Positions 39,652 to 48,750 of a stretch of DNA of 64,000 nucleotides are shown in pieces. The DNA is from Candidatus Latescibacterota bacterium. GTDB taxonomy: Bacteria > Latescibacterota > UBA2968. The translations under genes were made by a program, and so were the position numbers. The DNA is taken from positions 5,184,001-5,248,000 of the forward strand of contig OZ242195.1 of NCBI GenBank assembly GCA_965205975.1. The letters run 5' to 3'. The notes beneath the pieces are model-generated. The model had not been told where the DNA came from. It saw nothing but the letters and a program-made list of their open reading frames with translations, and did not search any database. How positions within the stretch are numbered: the stretch's first letter is position 1; every line of letters starts with the position of its first letter.

Positions 39652-40467
39652 ATGTATAGAGCTTCTTATGATGGTAGCAATAAGAAGGTGATGTGGCAGG
39701 AGATGTGGCGGCATGAATTTGAGGACGCTTTGGAGCGCGATCCCGTGGTGATTGTGCCGGTGGGATCTGTGGAGCAGCACGGGCCGCATTGTCCGATGGA
39801 TGTGGATATTTCGGCGCCGTTCTATATGGCGGTGGCTGTGGCGCAGCGCGTGGATGATTTTCCCGTGATTGTCGCGCCGCCGGTGTGGTCGGGGTTTACG
39901 CATTATAATATGGGATTTCCCGGTACGATTAATTTGCGTTTGGAGACGTTTCAGAATTTGCTGGCGGATATTTTTCGCAGTATTTATGCCAATGGGTTCA
40001 AGCGGATTATTTCCGTGAATGGACACGGGGGCAATGCCGCGCCCTGTCGCGCTGTTTCGTGGCAGGTGGCAGAGGAGAATATTTTTACGCTGTCATTTAG
40101 CTGGTGGGATATGGTGGATAAGGAGTTAAGGGAATGGAGTGCGACAAATGAAGGCGTGGGGCACGCTGGGGAGTGGGAGACGGCTGTTCAGCTTCATTTG
40201 CGCGAACATCTCGTCGATAAGAGCCGTATTGATAGCGATTTGACGGGGACGAGGCCGTTTAGCGATGAACTATCGTTTGCGGAGTTTGCCGAGCGGAGGC
40301 GGGATACGAAAAAGGATACGGGTATTATGGGCGATGCGTTTGCCGCGAGCGCGGAAAAGGGTGCGCGCATTTTTGAACTGGCCTGTGAGCGCCTGGAAAA
40401 GCTGGTGCGCGAATATCACGAGTTGCCCGTGCGAGAATACCGGGAGTTCGGGTCTCACTGTATTTGA
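39652..40467 (+). CDS. Creatininase family protein
   Basis: PVGSVEQHGPH, FPGTI, NGHGGN, HAGEWET. Confidence 0.9.
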   Translation: MYRASYDGSNKKVMWQEMWRHEFEDALERDPVVIVPVGSVEQHGPHCPMDVDISAPFYMAVAVAQRVDDFPVIVAPPVWSGFTHYNMGFPGTINLRLETFQNLLADIFRSIYANGFKRIISVNGHGGNAAPCRAVSWQVAEENIFTLSFSWWDMVDKELREWSATNEGVGHAGEWETAVQLHLREHLVDKSRIDSDLTGTRPFSDELSFAEFAERRRDTKKDTGIMGDAFAASAEKGARIFELACERLEKLVREYHELPVREYREFGSHCI

Positions 40468-40483
40468 AAGAGGGAGTACGACG

Positions 40484-41431
40484 ATGTCAGAGCTAAGAGT
40501 GGGGATTATCGGTGCAGGGGGTCACGCACAGAGCCACTTCAGGATGATCCAGGACGAGCCGGAAATGGCGTTGGTTGCGGTTGCAGACCTGGATCCAGAA
40601 AGACTGGCGCACACGCGAGAGACGCACGGCGTGACGTCCCTTTTTACGGATTATCGGGAGATGATCGAGAAGGTGCAATTGGATGTGGTCTATGTTGTGA
40701 CCTTTCCGGGGCCATTGCCCGACATTGTGATTGACTGTCTGGAGGCAGGGCTGCACACTTCGGTAGAGAAGCCGCCGGGCATCAGTTCGGATCAGACCCG
40801 ACGGATGATGGAGGCAGAACGGCGATCCAGCGCCAGGGCGATTGTTTCGGTGAACCGGCGGTACATTCCAGAAGTGTTGGCGATTCGGGCCATGCTGCAA
40901 GATCGAGGCGGACCCGTTCATGTGGCGGCGACGTACAACAAGCCGCATATTGGGGACAAGGTCCGGGATGTCGGACATCTTATCCGATTGGACGCGATCC
41001 ACCATGTGGATCTGTTGCGATGGCTGGCAGGTGACGCTGTCGAGGTTTACTCAGAGGCGTGGTCTGCGCCTTCCCACCCTGCCGAGATGCGCCACAATGC
41101 TGTGATCAAGTTCGAAAGCGGATGCCGGGGTGTGATGATGAGCCACTACGCTGTTGGATACCGCATTCAGCGGTTTGAAGCGCATGCGGAAGACTTCAGC
41201 GCGTATGTGGATCTCACGAGTGGCCCCAGGTGTGAGATCTATGCTGACGGAGGGCCGTTCGAGGGCGAGTTAGATCTGGAATCGGTCGGCGGTCCCGACT
41301 TTAACGAGACCCGGCATTTCGTGGCGTGCATACAAAACGATACGCAGCCGTGGAGCACGCTTGAGGATGCGATCAAGACGATGATGTTGTGCGAAGCGAT
41401 TGAGGCGGGACATAAAGGTCAACTGGAATGA
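40484..41431 (+). CDS. Gfo/Idh/MocA family oxidoreductase
   Basis: GIIGAGG, EKP, NRRY, IHHVD. Confidence 0.9.
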   Translation: MSELRVGIIGAGGHAQSHFRMIQDEPEMALVAVADLDPERLAHTRETHGVTSLFTDYREMIEKVQLDVVYVVTFPGPLPDIVIDCLEAGLHTSVEKPPGISSDQTRRMMEAERRSSARAIVSVNRRYIPEVLAIRAMLQDRGGPVHVAATYNKPHIGDKVRDVGHLIRLDAIHHVDLLRWLAGDAVEVYSEAWSAPSHPAEMRHNAVIKFESGCRGVMMSHYAVGYRIQRFEAHAEDFSAYVDLTSGPRCEIYADGGPFEGELDLESVGGPDFNETRHFVACIQNDTQPWSTLEDAIKTMMLCEAIEAGHKGQLE

Positions 41432-41454
41432 TTTTTTGGGCCAGGAATAGATGT

Positions 41455-43632
41455 ATGAAAAAAGCAGTTCTTCATTTTCCGCCTTTTGCCTTTTATCTGT
41501 GTATATCTGCGTTCATCTGCGGATGCTTTTCTTCTGTCAGCTATGCTTCTTCTCCATACGAAGACATGGGGGCACGCGATAATCTGTACGCTGCCGCAAA
41601 GCAAGCATTAAATGTGGGCGAACCGCGTACTGTGCGAATGATCTACTTTTTGCCGAATGACCGCCCGTTTCAGCAAGCAGTAGTTGATTCAATGAAAGTG
41701 ACAATTCGCCAGATACAGACGTTTTATGTCGATCAGATGGAGGCACATGGCTATGGTCGCAAGACCTTTCGCTTTGAAACCGATGCACAGGGCGGTCCAG
41801 TGGTCCATCGCGTGGATGGGCAGCATCCCGATAGTCAGTATCTCGACAATACATTTAACACTTTATTTGCCGAGATTGGACAAGCGTTTGATGCCACACA
41901 GAATATTTATTTTATTGTTGTTGACAATAGTACGAATCGAATTGGGCAGGCGGCCGGTAGTGCAAGACTGATGGGAAAAAATGGTGGCATTTGCTTCGTG
42001 CCTATCGGATTTCACTGGACAACGGCGGCCCATGAACTCGGACACACTTTTGATTTGCGTCACGATTTCAATGATGATACGTACATTATGTCGTATGGTC
42101 GCGAAGGACGATATCAATTATCTGCGTGCCATGCGGAATTTTTGTCTGTGCATCCCTATTTCAATCCCGATATACCAACTGAAGAGGCGCAGCCACCAAC
42201 TATCGAACTCGTTTCGCAGACTGGATATCCAGCCAGTTCAAAGAGCGTTTCTATCCAACTCAAAGTCAGCGATGCGGATGGGCTGCATCAAGTGATCTTA
42301 TTTATTACAACAATCCCCCCTCATTCTGCTACTGGATCTTATGAAGTGAAGTCGTGTCGTGGATTGGCAGGTGAAAGAGATGCCATTGTTGAATTTGATT
42401 ACGATGGCGTTATTCCATCTGATAGCAGCACGAGTCTTTCTGATCCTGTCGAGCATCGGATTTATGTCGAGGCTGTTGATTCTTTTGGGAATGCTGGCAA
42501 TACGCGTTTTGAGCTATTTGATATTTCGACTCAGCGCAATCACATCGCTACCCTTGAAGAACATACGGGGAATGTCTATTCGGTGACGTTTTCACCTGAT
42601 GGCACCACTCTCGCTTCTGGGTCAGGGGATCCCTCTATCAAGCTATGGGATGTTGCGACACGGACAAATATCGCCACGCGTACACGATTTACGAGTAGCG
42701 TTTATTCAGTGGCGTTTTCACCCGATGGGGCCATTCTCGCTTCTGGGTCAGGGGACACGGTTACTCATCTGTGGGACGTTGCTACGTGGGCAATAATTAC
42801 CACGCTCCAAGGACATACGGAGGCGGTCAATTCAGTGTCATTTTCACCCGATGGGGCTATCCTTGCTTCCGGGTCAGAGGATCGCACAGTCAAGCTGTGG
42901 GATGTTGCGACACAGACAAATTTTGCCACGCTTGAAGGACATACGGAGGCGGTCAATTCAGTGTCATTTTCACCCGATAGTGCCATCCTTGCTTCTGGAT
43001 CAGGGGATCGCACAGTCAAGCTGTGGGATGTTGCGACACAGACAAATTTTGCCACGCTTGAAGGACATACGAGTGGCGTTTATTCAGTGTCATTTTCGCC
43101 CGATGGGGGTATCCTCGCCTCCGGGTCATGGGATGACACAGTCAAGCTGTGGGATGTTGCGACACAGACAAAAATTGCCACACTTGAAGGGCATCGGGGT
43201 AACGTCTATTCAATATCATTTTCACCCGGTGGCAGAATCCTCGCTTCTGGGGCAGGGTCATGGGATCGCACAATCAAACTTTGGGATGTTGTCACGGGGA
43301 CAAACATCGCTACGCTTACGGGGCATAGGGGTATGGTCCGGTCAGTATCATTTTCGCCCGATGGGGCCACCCTCGCTTCTGGGTCATGGGATGACACAGT
43401 CAAGCTGTGGGATATGTCTCTGTATATCACCTCTCCTACGCCAGCCTCTGCATCCGACTTTGATGGTGATGGTACTGTTGGCTTTGCTGATTTTTTGCAG
43501 TTTGTGGAACTGTTTGGGTTAAATCAGGAAGATGAGGCGTATCAAGCGCGATTCGACTTGAATGGGGATGGTGTGATTGGGTTTGGGGATTTTCTGATTT
43601 TTGTCAACGCCTTTGGTGAGAAGGTGTCATGA
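41455..43632 (+). CDS. Secreted metzincin-like peptidase + WD40 propeller + double dockerin/EF-hand tag
   Basis: HELGHTFDLRH and YIMSY Met-turn; 7 GH..SVSFSPDG..LASGS.D.TVKLWD repeats; two DxxGDG..GFxDFLxFV..FG motifs. Confidence 0.85.
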   Translation: MKKAVLHFPPFAFYLCISAFICGCFSSVSYASSPYEDMGARDNLYAAAKQALNVGEPRTVRMIYFLPNDRPFQQAVVDSMKVTIRQIQTFYVDQMEAHGYGRKTFRFETDAQGGPVVHRVDGQHPDSQYLDNTFNTLFAEIGQAFDATQNIYFIVVDNSTNRIGQAAGSARLMGKNGGICFVPIGFHWTTAAHELGHTFDLRHDFNDDTYIMSYGREGRYQLSACHAEFLSVHPYFNPDIPTEEAQPPTIELVSQTGYPASSKSVSIQLKVSDADGLHQVILFITTIPPHSATGSYEVKSCRGLAGERDAIVEFDYDGVIPSDSSTSLSDPVEHRIYVEAVDSFGNAGNTRFELFDISTQRNHIATLEEHTGNVYSVTFSPDGTTLASGSGDPSIKLWDVATRTNIATRTRFTSSVYSVAFSPDGAILASGSGDTVTHLWDVATWAIITTLQGHTEAVNSVSFSPDGAILASGSEDRTVKLWDVATQTNFATLEGHTEAVNSVSFSPDSAILASGSGDRTVKLWDVATQTNFATLEGHTSGVYSVSFSPDGGILASGSWDDTVKLWDVATQTKIATLEGHRGNVYSISFSPGGRILASGAGSWDRTIKLWDVVTGTNIATLTGHRGMVRSVSFSPDGATLASGSWDDTVKLWDMSLYITSPTPASASDFDGDGTVGFADFLQFVELFGLNQEDEAYQARFDLNGDGVIGFGDFLIFVNAFGEKVS
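41495..41524. repeat. CGCAGAT-core tandem repeat element (copy 2, inverted) inside the signal-peptide coding region
   Basis: Reverse complement is atccgcagatgaacgcagatatacacagat. Confidence 0.6.
42560..43420 (+). repeat. ~126-bp tandem DNA repeats encoding WD40 blades
   Basis: gacatacggaggcggtcaattcagtgtcattttcacccgat recurs 126 bp apart (near 42812 and 42938). Confidence 0.85.
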
Positions 43633-43689
43633 TTTGCGCCTTCTGGGGTTAGGCATTTGAATCCAGGTCTTTGATAAAGGAGATTTTCC

Positions 43690-44601
43690 ATGCGTCGCTT
43701 CACGCGTACACCTTACTACAGTGGGCCGGATGATCCGGCTATTGGCGAGGTGCGGGGTACGCTTGCCCTGGGTGAAACCGTTGTTATTGAGACGATTGGT
43801 GGAGCCGACAATGATTTTGAGGCTGCTGGTGAGGTTCGTGCGGGGATGATTACTTCTGGAGAAAGCCACCGCCGATACGCCCGTCGTGGTGGTCCTTTTC
43901 GCATTGAGGGAATTGCGCCGGATGACTGGGTTGCTATTGAGATTATCGATATTGAGGTGGGGCCTTACGGTTTTTATCGCAACGGAGGGCCGAACTGGGG
44001 CAACTGGCGTTGCGTGGCGCCTGTGCGGGATGGGTTGATCCATTTTCCGCCGGATTTTGTGGTGCCGGTGCGTCCCATGGTTGGCGTGGTTCAGTTGGAA
44101 CCGTGGGCTGCCCATTCGATTGACCACGGCGGCAATATGGATTTTAATGCGATTCAGCCAGGTAGTACTGTGCATATTCGCGCCCAAAAGCCCGGGGGGT
44201 TGCTCTCTCTGGGCGATGTTCATGCGCGGATGGGCGATGGCGAGTTGACTGGTGCTGGTGTGGAGATCGATGCGGCGGTTACTATAAAGGTGGATCGCTC
44301 TCCCGGGTTTCCCAATAGCAGTCCGGTGGTGGAGACGACTACGGTGGTAGAAGCTGCTGAGGAGTATCTGACCAGTGCCCGGGCGACTGAGTGGGGCGAG
44401 GCTCTCAGGCTGGCATGGCTGGAGATGGTGGCGCTGATTATCGATCGCTACGATACGACGTACGAATACGCCAATATGATTGTGGGCACGATTGGCGATG
44501 CGCGGCCCGGCTTTGCTACGGGCTATATGGGTAGCTATGTCACATGTCAGATTGCAGTGACTAAGGAATTGCGGCGCACCGGGATGCCGTATGAGGCGTA
44601 G
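43690..44601 (+). CDS. Acetamidase/formamidase family protein
   Basis: GPFRIEG, PMVG, HGGNMD, LGDVHARMGDGE. Confidence 0.85.
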   Translation: MRRFTRTPYYSGPDDPAIGEVRGTLALGETVVIETIGGADNDFEAAGEVRAGMITSGESHRRYARRGGPFRIEGIAPDDWVAIEIIDIEVGPYGFYRNGGPNWGNWRCVAPVRDGLIHFPPDFVVPVRPMVGVVQLEPWAAHSIDHGGNMDFNAIQPGSTVHIRAQKPGGLLSLGDVHARMGDGELTGAGVEIDAAVTIKVDRSPGFPNSSPVVETTTVVEAAEEYLTSARATEWGEALRLAWLEMVALIIDRYDTTYEYANMIVGTIGDARPGFATGYMGSYVTCQIAVTKELRRTGMPYEA

Positions 44602-44639
44602 GGGTTTTGAGGTTTACAACATTTATGAAAGGATTTGCT

Positions 44640-45413
44640 ATGTATTTGTACGGGATTCGCAATGCGAGTTTGAATATGGATTGGGGAAAAGACGCTTTTG
44701 CCACAGCAGGGGATATTGGGTTTGATGGGGTAGAGATTGTGCTGCGAGAGGAGGAGCGGTTGGATTGGCTTTTGAGCGCGGCGGGTCGGGAGGAGGTTGG
44801 GCGATGGGTTGAGGAGACGGGTGCGCAAGCGTGTTCTATCAGTTTTGCTCTGTTTCGAGAATACAAGGGGAATGAGGAAGATAAGGCTGTGCGCGACCGC
44901 GTAGTGGAGCTTGTGCAAAAGGGGATTCGCGCATGTAAGGGAATGGGCGGTGTCGGTATTTTGCTTCCGTATTTTGATGCGGAGAATCTCGATATGTCGA
45001 GCGTGCATGCAGAATTGCTGATTGAGGACATGAAGCGATGCGCCCCTGTCGCTGAAGACGAGGGTATTAAAGTTGCTCTGGAGACGAGTTTTTCACCGGG
45101 GTTGTTGAGGACGATTTGCGATGGCGTGGGGTCTGAGATGGTGGGGGTGTATCAAGATACGGCCAATGCGCTGCAATACGGGTACGATTCGGTCGATATG
45201 CTCGTTGATTTATCTGAACACACACAATTGATTCATATTAAAGATACGCGGCGTTCTGATCTGGGCGAGGGCGATGTGGATTTTCCCGCGTGTCGAGATG
45301 CGATTGCACAGATCGGTTATGAGGGTTGGCTGATTTTTGAAACGCCAGGGGGGGCTGACCCTGTGGCATCGGGTAAGAAGAATTTGGTGTTTGCAAAAGA
45401 GATGTTTGGGTAG
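44640..45413 (+). CDS. Sugar phosphate isomerase/epimerase family protein
   Basis: GFDGVE, ALET, DTAN, IHIKD, LGEGDVDF, LIFE. Confidence 0.85.
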   Translation: MYLYGIRNASLNMDWGKDAFATAGDIGFDGVEIVLREEERLDWLLSAAGREEVGRWVEETGAQACSISFALFREYKGNEEDKAVRDRVVELVQKGIRACKGMGGVGILLPYFDAENLDMSSVHAELLIEDMKRCAPVAEDEGIKVALETSFSPGLLRTICDGVGSEMVGVYQDTANALQYGYDSVDMLVDLSEHTQLIHIKDTRRSDLGEGDVDFPACRDAIAQIGYEGWLIFETPGGADPVASGKKNLVFAKEMFG

Positions 45414-45415
45414 GC

Positions 45416-45508
45416 TGGCAGAGGGAGGGGGACTCGAACCCCATGCGAAAATTCGCACGCGGGCTTGTGTTTTGCTGCCCGCGGCCCACCTTGGACCGTT
45501 CACCCCCT
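45416..45508 (-). ncRNA. tRNA-like RNA A (8/4 allo-tRNA-like cloverleaf, 12-nt pseudo-anticodon loop)
   Basis: AGGGGGTG AA CGGTCC AAGGT GGGCCG CGGGC AGCAAAACACAA GCCCG C GTGCGA ATTT TCGCAT GGGG TTCGAGT CCCC CTCCCTCT G CCA. Confidence 0.8.
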
Positions 45509-45527
45509 GCATTGATGCTGTTATTTT

Positions 45528-45613
45528 TGGCAGAGGGCGAGGGACTCGAACCCTATGCGGTTGCCCGCACCACCGACCAGTGTCGGGCGGCCCCCTTGGA
45601 CCGTTCGCCCCCT
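45528..45613 (-). ncRNA. tRNA-like RNA B (8/4 allo-tRNA-like cloverleaf, 4-6-nt pseudo-anticodon loop)
   Basis: AGGGGGCG AA CGGTCC AAGG GGGCCG C CCGAC ACTG GTCGG TG GTGCGG GCAA CCGCAT AGGG TTCGAGT CCCT CGCCCTCT G CCA. Confidence 0.82.
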
Positions 45614-45653
45614 ACCTATCTATTTTGACAGAGCTACGCGCTCAAGAGTTTCT

Positions 45654-46625
45654 TCAAAGATGAGGACGCAGTTCGCCCAGGGATTGTTCCCCGGGTTGGA
45701 TATATTCTACGGCTGGGCTTTCGACGCGTCCATAGGCATTCCATACTTTGAATCCGAGTAAAGAGAGAAGGTCGGGCGATGCCTCGGCGAGGACTTCGGG
45801 TGCCGTGCCTATGGTAAAATTTTCCTGTGGGCGGAACTGGGGACCACAGAATGTGGTGAGTATGGCCCAGCGCAGTTGGTCGCTTATATTGGCTCCCGTG
45901 CCGTGCCAGATGCGTCCGTCGAGGAATCCAACTGTGCCGGCTGGACCTTCGAGGGCGACTGTTTCGATGGCGTTGTCGTCGGGGTTGTCTGGGCGTCGTC
46001 CCCACAGGTGGCTGCCGGGGACGATGCGGGTGCCGCCGTTTTCTGCTGTGAAGTCGCCGATCATCCATACTACGTTGATGACGACGCGGGGCCAGATGGA
46101 TGCGGCATCGGGTTCATCTGTTTGCTCTCGGGTGATAGAGCCTGCGGGTAGATGCGTTCGGTTCGGGCGCGTTGGCATGGGCATCCACCATTGGTCTGTG
46201 TGCAGGCGCATAGGAACGCCGCCGGGTTTGGCGATGTTGGCCGAATGGCTCGATAACAGATAATCATTGCCCAGTGCGTGATCTATGATGTTGCGAACCC
46301 CTGAGTGTAATAGCATGTCTTGAAATACCCGACCTTTGTTGATCAGCATCCACACGCGCTGGTTGACGCCTCCTGCCGATTGTGTAAACGCCCCTGCGCG
46401 TACATGCCCGTTTTTATTTTTAAAATCCCCCCAGTTCTGTTTTGCACCCCCGTCTTCAAATGCAAGCCCGCGTTGTTTTTCGGCAATGGCCTGTTCTTTT
46501 AGACGGGTTTTAATTTTTGAGAGGTCTTCCGCATTGAGCGCGTTGGCGAGCAGGCCATAACCACAGGTGTCGAGTTGGGTTTTGACCTGTGCGAGATTTT
46601 CGGTTGGTTGTGGAAGTTCAGACAT
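45654..46625 (-). CDS. PhyH family Fe(II)/2OG dioxygenase
   Basis: LHTD (HxD), DFTAENGGTRIVPGSH, RIWHGTGAN..R, RPQEN. Confidence 0.9.
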   Translation of the reverse strand: MSELPQPTENLAQVKTQLDTCGYGLLANALNAEDLSKIKTRLKEQAIAEKQRGLAFEDGGAKQNWGDFKNKNGHVRAGAFTQSAGGVNQRVWMLINKGRVFQDMLLHSGVRNIIDHALGNDYLLSSHSANIAKPGGVPMRLHTDQWWMPMPTRPNRTHLPAGSITREQTDEPDAASIWPRVVINVVWMIGDFTAENGGTRIVPGSHLWGRRPDNPDDNAIETVALEGPAGTVGFLDGRIWHGTGANISDQLRWAILTTFCGPQFRPQENFTIGTAPEVLAEASPDLLSLLGFKVWNAYGRVESPAVEYIQPGEQSLGELRPHL

Positions 46626-46637
46626 GCGTATTCCTCA

Positions 46638-47936
46638 TTATCGGGGTAAGATGCCATACTGGCGCAGGGTGCTTTCCAATGTGGGGCGACTAAGGCGGAT
46701 TCGGTCGTCGTTTAGCAAATAGGAGAAGACATATCCGAGGCCGAGCATAAAGATCCCGATTAAGAAGCAATATATGACTGCGCGGTCGGGGTATTGGTCT
46801 TTCAGGTACCCCACGTAGAGTGGGCCAAAGATTCCCGCTGCTGCCCAGGCGGTTAGAATTGCCCCGTAGATGTTGGACATTTTTTTGCTGCCAAAGACGT
46901 CGAGAACAAAAGATGGCATTGTGGCAAAGCCGCCGCCAAAGCACAAGAGGACATAACAGACGAGCGCGGAAAAGATCCAGGGGTTGCGCTCTGTCATTAA
47001 GATGCCGAAGACGATCATCTGGCTGGCGAGTAAGATTCTGAAGACGCCAACGCGACCGATGCGATCCGATAGCAATCCCCAGAAGAGCCGCCCCACGCCG
47101 TTGCACAGGGAACTGACGGCGATGAGCGTGGCGCCGTACTCGGCGAGTGTTACCGGTTCCAGGGATGGATCCGCAAATCCCCAAACTTCTTGCAGGAGTT
47201 CCGACTGAAAGCTGATGACGGAGATGCCCGCGGCGATGTTGAAGAAGAATACGATCCACATGAGGATAAATTCAGAAGACCGAAGATAGGGTGCGACTGT
47301 GTCTTCGTATTCCAAGGGGTCATCGTCAGCAACGGGTACAACGGCGGCCTTGGGATCGCTCAGCACAAAGCTGGAGGGCAAGAGGATACAGGCAAATACA
47401 ATGCCGAGCCATAAGAAAATGAGGGTCAGGTCCGACTCTGTTCGCAGCACGAGAAAAGGTGCCAGCACTTTGCTCAAGAGAAATGCACCTACGCCGAATC
47501 CCATCACGACGATGCCTGTCACCAGACCCTTGCGATCTGGAAACCACTTTGCCGCGGTTGCAACTGGCGTTACATAGCCAAGCCCAATTCCCGCACCGCC
47601 GATAACGCCGTATCCCAGGTAAAAGAGTGGGATAAAGTCTATGTGAAGGGCGAGGCTCGCGATCATATAACCACCGGAAAACATGACGCTGCCCGCGACT
47701 GCGAGTTTGCGGGGTCCGAATCGCGGTAGCGTCGCGCCTGCCCAGGCCGCGGATGTGCCGAGGGAAAAGATCGCGATACTAAAAGCCCAGGCGGTTTCTG
47801 TGAATGTCCAGCCGAGTTGCCTGACCAGAAGCGTTTGAAAGAAGCTCCACGCGTACACGGTGCCGAAACAGAGTTGCAGGAGCGTGCATAAGAGCGCGAT
47901 GACTGAACGCGGAATCTGTATTTCTCGGTTTGGCAT
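46638..47936 (-). CDS. OFA (oxalate/formate antiporter) family MFS transporter
   Basis: GTVYAWS, GLGYVTP..KWFPDRKG..TG..GFG, NGVGRLFWG..SDRIGR, FGGGF. Confidence 0.88.
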   Translation of the reverse strand: MPNREIQIPRSVIALLCTLLQLCFGTVYAWSFFQTLLVRQLGWTFTETAWAFSIAIFSLGTSAAWAGATLPRFGPRKLAVAGSVMFSGGYMIASLALHIDFIPLFYLGYGVIGGAGIGLGYVTPVATAAKWFPDRKGLVTGIVVMGFGVGAFLLSKVLAPFLVLRTESDLTLIFLWLGIVFACILLPSSFVLSDPKAAVVPVADDDPLEYEDTVAPYLRSSEFILMWIVFFFNIAAGISVISFQSELLQEVWGFADPSLEPVTLAEYGATLIAVSSLCNGVGRLFWGLLSDRIGRVGVFRILLASQMIVFGILMTERNPWIFSALVCYVLLCFGGGFATMPSFVLDVFGSKKMSNIYGAILTAWAAAGIFGPLYVGYLKDQYPDRAVIYCFLIGIFMLGLGYVFSYLLNDDRIRLSRPTLESTLRQYGILPR

Positions 47937-47953
47937 TTTTATGTGTCCAGTGG

Positions 47954-48056
47954 CGAATCAACGAATCAACGAATCAGCGAATCGAAGCTCGTAGTGATTT
48001 GGGGTGGCTGGGCGGGATTCGTCTATTCGTCTATTCGTCTATTCGTCTATTCGTCT
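47954..48056. repeat. Inverted pair of 8-bp tandem arrays: (CGAATCAA)x~4 ... (ATTCGTCT)x5
   Basis: Arrays at 47954-47983 and 48017-48056 are approximately complementary. Confidence 0.85.
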
Positions 48057-48750
48057 CTTTACCCTCAGAAACATAGAGGAAGAGGTTGGCGAGGTGTCCG
48101 ACCTCGTCGTCGCGCGATAGCAGTTTGTCGTCCGAGGCTCCATTTTCACCGCGTGCGCGACCCACTGCATAAGCGAGGAGATCGCCGAGGGGATTCGCCG
48201 CGAGGTTGACGAGCCATATCGCAGCAAAGAAGCCTACCACGAGTATGATGCAGATGAGATAGACCTGTCTTCCGATTGCTCTTTGAATTTTTAGCGCAAT
48301 CAGCCCCGTGTCCATGCCTACGTGAACCGTGCCGGCGATTCCTGCCAGAATCGGACTGCCAACCTCTACGAAATCGCCCATTCCAGGCAGATTGCGTTCT
48401 ATGGCTTCTGTCTTGAATGGGTCGTCTGTTCGAATGACTTCGGGAATGCCGGGCACGAATGTGTGGGCGAGAAATTCACCTGATTCATCTGTAATATAGA
48501 TGTATTTGATGCTCTGGATTTCGACAAACTGATCGATGAGAGACTGCAAAGCCGCGAGGTCCCGATTTAAGAGAATATCGACACTGGAGTCGGCGATGGT
48601 CTTCGCGATGTTTTTGCTGTTGTTCTCGTATTCTTCTGACAGGTGTGTATCGACTGTGTAAATACACAGGGCGGATGTTGACAGGCTGATCACACCAAAT
48701 AGCGCGAAGATTCCGAACCGCGTTTTTTGAAAGAGTTTTTTGATTTTCAT
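48031..48750 (-). CDS. Two-TM membrane sensor with HAMP-like segment and no output domain
   Basis: TM, periplasmic domain (YIYITD..LAHTF..GTVHVG), TM, then RDDEVGHLA; stop codon lies inside the repeat. Confidence 0.75.
   Translation of the reverse strand: MKIKKLFQKTRFGIFALFGVISLSTSALCIYTVDTHLSEEYENNSKNIAKTIADSSVDILLNRDLAALQSLIDQFVEIQSIKYIYITDESGEFLAHTFVPGIPEVIRTDDPFKTEAIERNLPGMGDFVEVGSPILAGIAGTVHVGMDTGLIALKIQRAIGRQVYLICIILVVGFFAAIWLVNLAANPLGDLLAYAVGRARGENGASDDKLLSRDDEVGHLANLFLYVSEGKETNRRIDE

Noticed and set aside
42560..43420. CRISPR array or diversity-generating retroelement template/variable repeats
   Set aside because: Repeats are in-frame WD40 coding units, differences are not obviously adenine-specific, and no reverse transcriptase is present
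45416..45613. Calling these canonical tRNA-Sec, tRNA-Ser or tRNA-Leu genes
   Set aside because: No 7-nt anticodon loop and no UCA anticodon; the T-stem is 4 bp (8/4), not 7/5 or 8/5
47954..48056. CRISPR array
   Set aside because: Units are 8 bp with no unique spacers, and there are no cas genes in the window
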